DNA of 64,000 nucleotides from Promethearchaeota archaeon (GTDB lineage: Archaea > Asgardarchaeota > Lokiarchaeia > Sigyniarchaeales > SOKP01). This document shows positions 1 through 9,437 of the stretch, in pieces. Position 1 is the stretch's first letter; every line of letters begins with the position of its first letter. A program made the translations under genes and the position numbers. Below the pieces are notes generated by a model. The model ran no database searches, had not been told where the DNA came from, and was given only the letters and a program-made list of their open reading frames with translations. The stretch spans positions 12,433 to 76,432 of the forward strand of contig JBHLNT010000007.1 in NCBI GenBank assembly GCA_048941265.1. Direction: 5' to 3'.

Positions 1-1
1 T

Positions 2-514
2 ATTTCTTATATTACTGTAAAATTAATTATGCAAGATCCGATTAGTGATAAAGAGGATGAATATAAAGCTTCTGTCGCATATGAGGATGGTACTGAATTA
101 ACCATCAGGACTGAAGATTTAACGCCTGGAACATGGACAGTCTATGTTTCTGTTACTGATACTGATGGGGAAACCACAGACCTAGACAACGACTATAACA
201 CTGGACCCCAACAAATTACAGTTGTTCCCGATTTACTTTCAGATATTTTACCTTGGGTTATGCTAGTAATTGGTTCCATTATAGGAATAATTACTGGAAT
301 TGGTATAGGTTATCATGTAGGTAGATCAAAATATACAAGACCTATAGAAGAAAAAATTTCTCCAACAAAAAAGCCAAAAAAGGAAATGAGACCTCTAAAA
401 GAAAAAGAAATTCCCACAAAACCAAAACGCATCAAGGAAGAAATAAAAATTGAACCCGAAAAAGAAGCACCAAAAAAGCCTACCCCAAAGCGAAAAATTA
501 AAAGAAAATTATAA
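2..514 (+). CDS. 5'-partial membrane-anchored surface protein (beta-rich ectodomain end, one TM helix, Lys/Pro/Glu-rich tail)
   Basis: Frame is open from position 2. Hydrophobic ILPWVMLVIGSIIGIITGIGIGY is followed by a highly charged tail. Confidence 0.7.
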   Translation: MSYITVKLIMQDPISDKEDEYKASVAYEDGTELTIRTEDLTPGTWTVYVSVTDTDGETTDLDNDYNTGPQQITVVPDLLSDILPWVMLVIGSIIGIITGIGIGYHVGRSKYTRPIEEKISPTKKPKKEMRPLKEKEIPTKPKRIKEEIKIEPEKEAPKKPTPKRKIKRKL

Positions 515-556
515 TAAAGAAAAAAATTATTTTATTTATTTTTTGTTAATTCGATT

Positions 557-1462
557 CTATAAACCCAAAACATCTTTAAGGTGGTATTGGAACTTTCCAA
601 GCTTGCCTCCGTAATTCCCTGCAGAAATTCGATTTAATCCAGGGACCTTAACAGCAGCTTCAATGCCTAATTTCATAGCTTTTTTAATTGCGTCTTCAGT
701 AGCACCATCTAAAATAACTTCATACACACAATTATCTCCCTCTTTGAGCGTGCTATTTTGAGATTTGTCTCTTAATGTTGGACAATATGCATCGTTTGTT
801 GAAGCCCCAAGGAAACTATATTTAGACCCAACTTTTGAACCCGATCTTGCTATACCGCCGGGGAATGCCGCTATAACATCTTCAAGATTTTTAATTACTT
901 CTATTGAAGCTTCAGCAGCTTTTAAGGTGGATTTCTGATCTTTTCCTATTATGAGAAAGTTTCCACCAGCAATTCCTTTGCCAACTTTCATCATATCCTG
1001 ACATTTAAAAATCCCATCCATAACTGGAATATTCCATATATTTCCCTCCTTTTCTTCGAATCCGTCGCCAAAATACCTTAAATTTTCCCCGATTTTTATT
1101 TCAAACATCTTTTCTGGCTCAACCGATCCCTTCATCGCATCAAAACATGCTGTAGTAGGGCAGGTTAAAATACATTGCCCAAGTCGATTCATTACAACAT
1201 TGCCGACTTTCTTTTTATCCGAAATAAAGAACATCAGAGCTGCCCCCGGTCGCTTATCAGGAGTTTGATCAGCTGGTACCATGACATCGATAGCCGCTTC
1301 AGCATCACAATGGATTGTTGAAGTACCATATCCAGTTGCTATGTGCCCAGCAATTTTAGCCCAATTCTCATTTATAGCAGTTACTAACACTCTCGCGAAG
1401 AATCCACCGAACGCTTCGCAGAAGGTTTCCTCAATTGGAATTCCATTTAATTCCATTTTCAT
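557..1462 (-). CDS. ftr: Formylmethanofuran:tetrahydromethanopterin formyltransferase
   Basis: NGIPIEETFCEAF, TPDKRPG, RLGQCILTCPTTACF, GIAGGNF, RSGSKVGSKY and ISAGNYGGKLG signatures. Confidence 0.96.
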   Translation of the reverse strand: MKMELNGIPIEETFCEAFGGFFARVLVTAINENWAKIAGHIATGYGTSTIHCDAEAAIDVMVPADQTPDKRPGAALMFFISDKKKVGNVVMNRLGQCILTCPTTACFDAMKGSVEPEKMFEIKIGENLRYFGDGFEEKEGNIWNIPVMDGIFKCQDMMKVGKGIAGGNFLIIGKDQKSTLKAAEASIEVIKNLEDVIAAFPGGIARSGSKVGSKYSFLGASTNDAYCPTLRDKSQNSTLKEGDNCVYEVILDGATEDAIKKAMKLGIEAAVKVPGLNRISAGNYGGKLGKFQYHLKDVLGL

Positions 1463-1619
1463 TCAACTTTTTTTTAAGATTTTCAGTTATTACTATTTTT
1501 AATGATTTCATTTTATATAAAATTTTAAAAAAAAATTAAAAATATTGCAAAATTAAATAGAAGAAATAAAAATTTTAATTTTTAAATTTAAAAATCAATT
1601 AAAAATGGTGAAATGAAAA

Positions 1620-2459
1620 ATGAGTGAAGAAAAAGTCTTAAAAATCGGTATTTTGAAAAATGGAACGATTGGTTCATCATTATTACTGGCTTTTTTAATG
1701 GATGAACGAGCTGAAGCAACGAGAATTAATGTTAACGAAGTTACATCCGGTGCGAAAATGCATCCCCCCGAAATGTGCACAGAAACTATGAAAACCTTAT
1801 TGAAATGGGAACCTGAATTAATTATAATGTCTTCTCCTAATGCTGCTCTTAAAGGTCCTCAAGCTGCAAGAGATATGGCTGGAAATATTCCGACTATTAT
1901 TATCTCTGACGCACCAGCAAAAAAAGCAGTAGAAGAGATTACTGAGAAAGGGATGGGATACATTTTAGTAAACTGCGATTCGATGATAGGGGCGCGAAGA
2001 CCTTTTTTAGACACGATTGAAATGAGTATTTTTAATGCAGATCTTCTAAAGGTTCTTGCGATAACAGGAGCACTGAGCGTTATATCTGAGGAATTAAATA
2101 AAGTGATAATGGATATGTTAGAGGGTAAAACTCCGTCTTTGCCCAAAATTATTGTAGATGCTACCATAGCAACCAAGGCAGCTGGTTTTTCTAATCCATA
2201 TGCCGAAGCTAAAGCGATAGCTGCATTTGAGCTTGCCTCTTCAGTGTCAAGATTAACAGGAAAAGCATGTTTTCAACTTAAAGAAAGAGAAGAATATATG
2301 CCTTTACTAGCCGCAGCCCATGAAATGATGTCTTATGCAGCTAAAATGTGTGATGAGGCTCGAGGAATTGAAAAGTCTAATGATACGGTATTAAGAAGAC
2401 CCCATCATGCAAAACAACATTTATTAATAAAAAGAAGCCTAATGGAAAAAGAATCATAA
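1620..2459 (+). CDS. mtd: F420-dependent methylene-H4MPT dehydrogenase
   Basis: MDERA, SGAKM, SPNAALKGP, DSMIGARRPFLD, AAAHEMM, EKSNDTVLRRPH; divergent from ftr. Confidence 0.93.
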   Translation: MSEEKVLKIGILKNGTIGSSLLLAFLMDERAEATRINVNEVTSGAKMHPPEMCTETMKTLLKWEPELIIMSSPNAALKGPQAARDMAGNIPTIIISDAPAKKAVEEITEKGMGYILVNCDSMIGARRPFLDTIEMSIFNADLLKVLAITGALSVISEELNKVIMDMLEGKTPSLPKIIVDATIATKAAGFSNPYAEAKAIAAFELASSVSRLTGKACFQLKEREEYMPLLAAAHEMMSYAAKMCDEARGIEKSNDTVLRRPHHAKQHLLIKRSLMEKES

Positions 2460-2468
2460 AAATACCAG

Positions 2469-2485
2469 AATTTACCTGGTAAATT
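2469..2485. repeat. Perfect 8-bp inverted repeat AATTTACC-T-GGTAAATT just downstream of mtd, followed by T tracts (possible terminator element)
   Basis: Read directly from the sequence between two convergent genes. Confidence 0.4.
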
Positions 2486-2541
2486 TTCTTAAATTCTATT
2501 TTTTATTTTTTTGAGTTTTTTGATATTCTAACTGATTTTAA

Positions 2542-3501
2542 TTAATATTGCGATTTTGTGATAAATTCTTTGAGATTATTATAGCTTTCTCCATTCAGCG
2601 CATTCATTACCCCTGAAAAAACATCCATTTTTTTATTTTTAGTTACTGCCATTATTACAGCACTCTCACTAACCTCCTTAACTAAAACAAAGCAAAGATT
2701 TGACTCGAATACTATAGTAGAAAGTGCTAACGGAGAGAAATTTTGCATATTTAATAATTCCATTATTTTTTGGTATATCATATATAAATTTGAATCTAAG
2801 GTTCCCATCTCGAACTTCATAAATTCTAACGGTTTTAAGCTTTCAAATTTACCAAAGGTTGATGAAATTAACAGTCCATCTGGTTGGTTAAACAAAAGAT
2901 ATTCTGATAACGTGCTCATTTTTAATTGATCAAGTAAATATCTGATTTTCCCTAATCTTTGCATAGAAAGAGTTGATTTTTGAATTTCATAATCTAAGAT
3001 TTCAATTAGTCTATGTTGGGCACTGCCCTCCTTGACAGATACAGGAGTAAATGCGATTTTATATCTAATGCTATCAGCTAAATTTGCAGATAGTAACTTA
3101 AAAACATCATCTTCTTTTGATTCTGGTAAATCAATTTTATTTAGTAATACATAAACTTTTTCCAAATGAGGACTAAACTCAAATATATACTCAAGAAATT
3201 TATCGAAGACTTCTCTTTCTCTTGGATCTACTACTGCAGAATCAACCATAAAAATTGCAGTTGTAACTTCCGAAAAGATTAATTCTCGTTGGGAATCCGA
3301 AAAATATCTCTCTAAATATCGTTCTTGACCACCTGCATCCCATACATTCAATTCCATAATACCACGGAAAATAAAATTTTCTCTAGATATGCCTTTAGTT
3401 GGTTTTAGATTTGCAACTTTCATGAAATTATATCCTAAACAGGTAGTTCGCATTAAACTAGTTTTACCAGCATTTTGAGGGCCAAATAATAGAATTTTCA
3501 T
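2542..3501 (-). CDS. Rag/Gtr1-family GTPase with C-terminal roadblock-like domain
   Basis: GPQNAGKTS, PT, LNVWDAGGQ, YF-SDSQRELIF, NKID; C-terminal LLFNQPDGLLISS and beta-meander pattern. Confidence 0.88.
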   Translation of the reverse strand: MKILLFGPQNAGKTSLMRTTCLGYNFMKVANLKPTKGISRENFIFRGIMELNVWDAGGQERYLERYFSDSQRELIFSEVTTAIFMVDSAVVDPREREVFDKFLEYIFEFSPHLEKVYVLLNKIDLPESKEDDVFKLLSANLADSIRYKIAFTPVSVKEGSAQHRLIEILDYEIQKSTLSMQRLGKIRYLLDQLKMSTLSEYLLFNQPDGLLISSTFGKFESLKPLEFMKFEMGTLDSNLYMIYQKIMELLNMQNFSPLALSTIVFESNLCFVLVKEVSESAVIMAVTKNKKMDVFSGVMNALNGESYNNLKEFITKSQY

Positions 3502-3820
3502 CGTAACTTAACACTAAATAGTTTTTATTCTAAAAATGATTCTAATATATTTTTTATGACTTAATTTTTATTTAATTTTTTGTAATTATTTAAGATTATT
3601 TTATGGTTAATTCATTGTACTTCTCAACTTTAATTGCAAAACCTTTATTTGATTCAGCGATTTAAAATTCAGAAAAATTGTTATGGTAAAACAGAATAAT
3701 ACTTGATTTCAATAACTCTAATTTTTCATATATTTAAGATATTTATTAGATATTGGATTTTAAATATAATTTTTAATTTACTTAAATTAAAACCAACAAC
3801 ATTAAAATGTTGATTTCAAT

Positions 3821-4348
3821 ATGGATTTATTACAACATATAAGAAATGTACCAAATTGGCCTAAAGAAGGGATTCAATTTAAAGATATAACTACCTTATG
3901 TAAGGTACACGCTCCATTTAAAGAAGCATGTGATAGAATTATAAATCATTTTAAAAATCGGGGAATTAATAAAGTTGCAGCAATAGAAGCGAGAGGATAT
4001 GTTTTTGGTGGAGTTATTGCATACGAATTAGGTGCGGGTTTTATTCTAATTAGAAAGCCAGGAAAACTACCATATAAAACAATAAGTGAAACTTATCAAC
4101 TTGAATATGGTACTGACTCTATACATATGCATATTGATGCTATTGAAAAAGGAGATAAAGTACTCGTATTTGATGATTTACTAGCAACAGGTGGTACTGC
4201 GAAAGCAGCATGCAGCTTAATAGAAAAATCAGGTGGGATTGTTGAAGGAGTTGCATTTATTATTGAACTCACTGGAAGTCTACATGGAAGAGATCAGTTA
4301 GAGGGCTATGAAATACTTTCTTTAGTAGAAATTCCAGTAGAAGAATAA
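3821..4348 (+). CDS. apt: Adenine phosphoribosyltransferase
   Basis: PKEGIQFKDIT, EARG, RKPGKLP, YQLEYG and the PRPP-binding DDLLATGGT. Confidence 0.96.
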   Translation: MDLLQHIRNVPNWPKEGIQFKDITTLCKVHAPFKEACDRIINHFKNRGINKVAAIEARGYVFGGVIAYELGAGFILIRKPGKLPYKTISETYQLEYGTDSIHMHIDAIEKGDKVLVFDDLLATGGTAKAACSLIEKSGGIVEGVAFIIELTGSLHGRDQLEGYEILSLVEIPVEE

Positions 4349-4420
4349 AAATTTTAAAAAAACTAAAAATTATAGGTAAAAATTAATCAAATCTTTTTTT
4401 TTTCACTTTAAATCTATAGA

Positions 4421-5284
4421 TTATAAAATTGCCCCTTTCAATGAATGATGACAGGCACAGTCTCTCTCAGTATCAATCTGTGGAATGCTCATTTCAAGTA
4501 GCTTCTTAAGGTTTATTGTATTAATTTCCATTGTTTTTAATACCTCTTCAATAGTGACTACTAGCTTTTGAATAGGACCTCCACATTGTGGACAATTAGC
4601 TCCATACTCCACAATTCCACAATTAGAGCAATCAGCAGCCCATACATCAAGATCTGTGACCATTGCTATACAGCAATAACAGATTTCTTTTTCTGCTGCA
4701 AGAACGACTTCCGGAAATGTTGTCATCCCAATGATATCACCACCCCATAACCTAAACATTTTTGATTCAGCCCTTGTAGAGAATCTTGGCCCTTCTATAC
4801 AAACATAAGTACCTCCATTTTGAATCTCTAATTTATTTACTTTTTTCCCATTTTCATATAAAAGATTTCTTAGATATTCACAATATGGATCTGCTTGGTT
4901 TATATGACATACTTGTCCTCTCTCGTAAAAAGTTTCTGATCTTTTTTTAGTTCTATCAATATATTGATCAACTAAAATGAATTTCCTTTTATCATGTTCT
5001 TTTTTTAGCGAGCCCACTGCTGATGGTGATATGATGTATTTTACTCCTAATTCTTTCATTGCCCAAATATTTGCTCTAAAATTTAAATTATGGGGTGGAA
5101 TCGTGTGACCAGTTCCATGCCTAGAAAGAAAAGCAACTTTTTTACCATTAAATTCACCTACTTTTAAAAAATCAGATGTAGCTCCATAGGGAGTATAAAT
5201 TTTTAGAGTTTCAGCATTTTTTAATTCTATGTCTGATCCAGTTCCACCAATTATACCAATTTCAGCATTTCCCTTGAATTTCAT
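4421..5284 (-). CDS. mtnP: S-methyl-5'-thioadenosine phosphorylase, archaeal type, with inserted CxxC..CxxC ribbon
   Basis: IGIIGGTG, RHG-HTIPPH, EGPRFSTRAES, TDLD, C-terminal CxC. Confidence 0.9.
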   Translation of the reverse strand: MKFKGNAEIGIIGGTGSDIELKNAETLKIYTPYGATSDFLKVGEFNGKKVAFLSRHGTGHTIPPHNLNFRANIWAMKELGVKYIISPSAVGSLKKEHDKRKFILVDQYIDRTKKRSETFYERGQVCHINQADPYCEYLRNLLYENGKKVNKLEIQNGGTYVCIEGPRFSTRAESKMFRLWGGDIIGMTTFPEVVLAAEKEICYCCIAMVTDLDVWAADCSNCGIVEYGANCPQCGGPIQKLVVTIEEVLKTMEINTINLKKLLEMSIPQIDTERDCACHHSLKGAIL

Positions 5285-5409
5285 AATTAATTCACTAAAA
5301 ATTTTTCTTTATTAAGAACATTAAAAAAATTAACTCTAAGACAAACTATGTATTCATTTATAAAAAAAATAATTTATAAAATTTTTAATATTATAATTCA
5401 AGATTCTAA

Positions 5410-6171
5410 ATGGTGAATATTATGGTTAAAATCGGTATAATTGGTGGTTCAGGATTGGATAATCCAGATATTTTAAAAGATGCCAAAGATTTAGAAGTTG
5501 ATACTTCATATGGAAAGCCAACTTCTCCTCTAAAAATCGGAAAAATTCATAATATAGATGTAGTTCTTATAGCAAGACATGGAAGAGAACATACAATCCC
5601 TCCAACAAATATTAATTATCGGGCTAACATACAAGCATTAAAAGATCAAGGTTGTACTCATATCTTAGCAACAACAGCTTGTGGTAGTTTAAGAGAAGAA
5701 ATTGGGAGAGGTGATTTTGTTATACTTGACCAATTTATTGATTTCACTAGACTTAGAAAAGTAAGTTTTTTTGAAGAGTTTCCTCCTGGAGATGCTAAAC
5801 ACACTGCTATGGCCTATCCTTATTCTGAAGAATTGAGAAAAATCTTTATTGAAACGGCAAAGGAACTAAACCTCAAATACCATGAAAAAGGGACCGTGGT
5901 CACTATTGAGGGACCAAGATTCTCTACAAAAGCAGAATCGGAAATGTTCAGGATATGGGGGGCTGATGTGATAAATATGAGCATCGCAACCGAAACAATT
6001 TTGGCAAATGAAGCTGGTATTCCATACTCAGCTGTAGCTATGTCCACAGATTATGACTGCTGGAAAGAAGATGAAGCCCCTGTTACTTGGGATGAAATAC
6101 TAGAAATTTTTGGTAAAAATGTTAGTAATGTTATTGCTTTATTAACTAATGTAATAAAAAAAATACAATAA
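5410..6171 (+). CDS. mtnP: S-methyl-5'-thioadenosine phosphorylase, eukaryote-like (start may be Met5 at 5422)
   Basis: VKIGIIGGSGLD, TTACGSLREEI, EGPRFS, TDYDCWKE. Confidence 0.92.
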   Translation: MVNIMVKIGIIGGSGLDNPDILKDAKDLEVDTSYGKPTSPLKIGKIHNIDVVLIARHGREHTIPPTNINYRANIQALKDQGCTHILATTACGSLREEIGRGDFVILDQFIDFTRLRKVSFFEEFPPGDAKHTAMAYPYSEELRKIFIETAKELNLKYHEKGTVVTIEGPRFSTKAESEMFRIWGADVINMSIATETILANEAGIPYSAVAMSTDYDCWKEDEAPVTWDEILEIFGKNVSNVIALLTNVIKKIQ

Positions 6172-6366
6172 TTGTTTGACTCTCCATTAATTTTTCTTTT
6201 TTTTTTAAAACTTCAAGAGACACTTGTTTAAAAATTATAATAAACTTTTTCTTTTAAAAAATCAACTAAAATTTGGTATATTTTATCAAAAAAATTGAAA
6301 AAATTGAAATTTTTTCCAAATTTATCTAGTATAAATAGTTCTTTATTTTCATAGAGTCAATAATAA

Positions 6367-7677
6367 ATGGTAAAAATTACATTTTTAGGTGGATGCAGAG
6401 AAGTTGGACGCTCTGCCATCCTAATAGAATCTAATTCAGGGGAAAAATGCATTTTAGATTATGGAGTGAGATTTAAAGGTAAAACTAGACTTCCACATGA
6501 TTTTAATAAGGATAATTTAAAAGCAATAGCTCTCACTCATAGTCATATTGATCATTCAGGAGCAATACCTTATCTTTATAAAAATTTATCTGTACCACTT
6601 TTTACAAATCCAGTGACACTAGCAATAACTAAAGTTCTTGTTAAAGATATGATTAAGATATCAGATTTTTATTATCCATTTGGATATCAAGAATTAGATA
6701 AACTAATAAATAAATCTTATTTCCTTGAAAATGGTCAACGTAAACGAATTAGTGATAGTTTATTCCTTACATTTTTTAACGCGGGCCATATTCCCGGAAG
6801 TGTTTCAATTTTAGTTGAGGTCGATAATAAGAAGATATTTTATACTGGAGATATAAATACAAAATCAACGAACCTAGTTAAGGCCACAAATTTTACAAAT
6901 TTAAATGAAATTCCCGAAATTGATGTATTAATAGTTGAATCAACATATGCGTTAAGAGATCATCCTCCTAGAGAAAAATTAGAAAAAGAATTTACGGAAA
7001 GAATAATTGATATTACTGAAAATAATGGTAAAGTTTTAGTCCCTGCATTTGGAGTCGCGCGCTCACAAGAAGCTTTGTTAATTTTACATAAGTATAATTA
7101 CTATGGAAAAATCTTTGTTGACGGATTAGCAAGAAAAATTTCAAATGTTTTTATGGATTATCCCGAATCTTTGAAAAATATCAATTTCTATAAAACGGCT
7201 ATAAAAAGAGCTAAGTTTATATCAGGGAAAAAGGGTAGAAATCAGGTGAAAAACTCTAATGGTGTAATAATTGCCCCTTCAGGAATGTTAAAAGGGGGTG
7301 CGGCCATTGATTTTGTAAAATCATTTTTAAACGATCCCGCATCTGCGATTTATTTAGTGGGATATCAAGTCGAGGGAAGTCCTGGAAGAGTTCTTTTGGA
7401 CAGTGGTTTTCTTGAATTTAACAGTTATAAGAATAAAGATCAGACATTTAATTTTAAAATTAAAGCTAAATGTGATTATGATTACTTTGATTTCTCAAGC
7501 CATGCTGATGGTAAGCAATTGAAAGAATACGTGAAAAATTTTAAATTTAAAAATGGTTCTAATAATGTTTTTTGTGTACATGGAGATCCAAGGGCAACCA
7601 CAACGTTATCTAGTGAATTAGCAAAGAACTCTTACAATTCTATTGCTCCAGAGACAGGTGAAGTCTATTACATTTAA
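6367..7677 (+). CDS. Beta-CASP metallo-beta-lactamase ribonuclease (aCPSF2-like, no KH domains)
   Basis: FLGGCREVGRS, THSHIDH, AGHIPG, ESTY, FSSHAD, VHGD. Confidence 0.9.
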   Translation: MVKITFLGGCREVGRSAILIESNSGEKCILDYGVRFKGKTRLPHDFNKDNLKAIALTHSHIDHSGAIPYLYKNLSVPLFTNPVTLAITKVLVKDMIKISDFYYPFGYQELDKLINKSYFLENGQRKRISDSLFLTFFNAGHIPGSVSILVEVDNKKIFYTGDINTKSTNLVKATNFTNLNEIPEIDVLIVESTYALRDHPPREKLEKEFTERIIDITENNGKVLVPAFGVARSQEALLILHKYNYYGKIFVDGLARKISNVFMDYPESLKNINFYKTAIKRAKFISGKKGRNQVKNSNGVIIAPSGMLKGGAAIDFVKSFLNDPASAIYLVGYQVEGSPGRVLLDSGFLEFNSYKNKDQTFNFKIKAKCDYDYFDFSSHADGKQLKEYVKNFKFKNGSNNVFCVHGDPRATTTLSSELAKNSYNSIAPETGEVYYI

Positions 7678-7708
7678 TTTAAAATGAGAACTCTAATTAT
7701 CAATTTCA

Positions 7709-9214
7709 CTATTTAATTTGTTTTTTAATAACTTTATCCAAATTATCTAAATAGACATCTATTTTATCTATTGGTACTTTAGTTCCCGCAGCAGGAGGGT
7801 GGCCTCCTCCTAACGCATCTAAATTTGACATTTCAAGCGCTTCTCTAATCGCATCTGAAAGATTCACACCTTTCTTTACTAGTTTCTCATGAGCTCTCCC
7901 TGAAATTTTATAAACATCTTCATTTTCCCTTAATGCGCACCCAAACAAAGGTTTATTTTTATCAATAATATTACTTTCTCCAAGTATTAACATTGATGAC
8001 ACAGTTCCAACAATATTTTCTGTTATTACATTTTCTCCAAAAAAATATTGGATATTTTTTTTTTGTTGGATTTTTTCTTCTTTATTTATCCATGAAAGAG
8101 CTTCAAGTAAAGATTTCTTATAATTCATTAAACTTTCTTTTGCTTGCTGGAATGAATTTTTTCTATCACCCATCGCTATTGCCACACCTAACGAACCATT
8201 GTCAGTTCTTCCACAAGCATTTAATAAATTTGAAAATTCTTCAGCATCATGAAGTTCTGCATCATTTTCACTCGTCAGTAGATACCTATTAACGATTAAT
8301 TTTTGGATTATTTTATTTGGTTCTATGTTTAATTTAAGAGTAGCATATTCGATAATTGCACTAGTAAGTTTTTGTTTCTCATCTTTATCTATATCAATTA
8401 AGGTTCTTACTTTTCCCTCTGAATCCTCCATTAAAATTCCTAATGTTTTTAGAAATTTTAAAGTTTTATTAGCATTATTAGTTAATCCGGGTAATTTTAT
8501 ATCAGAAGAAAATGCAATTGCTTCATTCAATGGTTTTATTGGAGAAAAATTCAAATCATCAATAATCTCAATTAATCCTGAAGTTTTAGCATCCTCTAAA
8601 ATTAGAGAATTTATCCCTATAAAAGATTTATTAGGACCTTGATTTTGAATGTCACCGATTGCTCCCACAATCGCAACTGATGATAAATCAATATTATTTT
8701 CATTTATACTTTTTGCGAAGTAGTAACTTAACCCTGCTCCCGAAATTTCAGTACTTCCATCAATTCCATAAAAATATGGATTTATATGCCAAGGACGAGT
8801 TTCCATATGAATCTCTTCAATTGCTTTAAACTCGTTCTTATTTGATATTTTTTGAGGTAAATGATGGTCTAAAATCATAAAATGACCGTTATAACCTCGT
8901 AGAAGTAACTCTTTCTGTAATTCTAAATATTGACCGCTCCCAAAATCAGAAAATATTAGAAAGTTGTTATATTCACTTTCAGCTATTTTTAATATCTCTT
9001 CTTTTTCAAGTTGTCGAAGAATAGTAATTTGAAAAGGGATATTTTCTCTGAAAAGCGCTTTACCGAGAATTGCCCCAGCAGCTAGACCATCAGAATCTAA
9101 ATGTGTATAAATATGAATCGCAGAATTATTTTTTTTAAAATGCTTTAAAAAATATTCTTTAACATTATGAATATCTTGGATAAATACTTCAAAATTGTCA
9201 ATTATGTTATTCAT
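7709..9214 (-). CDS. DHH-family RecJ-like (GAN/Cdc45-related) nuclease
   Basis: HLDSDG, DFG, LDHH, GAIGD, LLNACGR and DHHA1 GGGHPPAAG. Confidence 0.9.
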   Translation of the reverse strand: MNNIIDNFEVFIQDIHNVKEYFLKHFKKNNSAIHIYTHLDSDGLAAGAILGKALFRENIPFQITILRQLEKEEILKIAESEYNNFLIFSDFGSGQYLELQKELLLRGYNGHFMILDHHLPQKISNKNEFKAIEEIHMETRPWHINPYFYGIDGSTEISGAGLSYYFAKSINENNIDLSSVAIVGAIGDIQNQGPNKSFIGINSLILEDAKTSGLIEIIDDLNFSPIKPLNEAIAFSSDIKLPGLTNNANKTLKFLKTLGILMEDSEGKVRTLIDIDKDEKQKLTSAIIEYATLKLNIEPNKIIQKLIVNRYLLTSENDAELHDAEEFSNLLNACGRTDNGSLGVAIAMGDRKNSFQQAKESLMNYKKSLLEALSWINKEEKIQQKKNIQYFFGENVITENIVGTVSSMLILGESNIIDKNKPLFGCALRENEDVYKISGRAHEKLVKKGVNLSDAIREALEMSNLDALGGGHPPAAGTKVPIDKIDVYLDNLDKVIKKQIK

Positions 9215-9437
9215 TTCTTTAAATTTGCAAATTATTATAATAATGAATGAGATTTATTCTTAAATATGAAAATAATTATAAATACTCAATCAAAAGTTAT
9301 GATATAATAAAAATATAAGAATGCATAAAATAATAAAATTAAATTTTCCTATCTCAAACATTTTTAAATCAATTATCGGTAAAAAGGAAAATATTAATAA
9401 TAATTGCAACTAAAACATTATAAAAAGTAATATTGAG

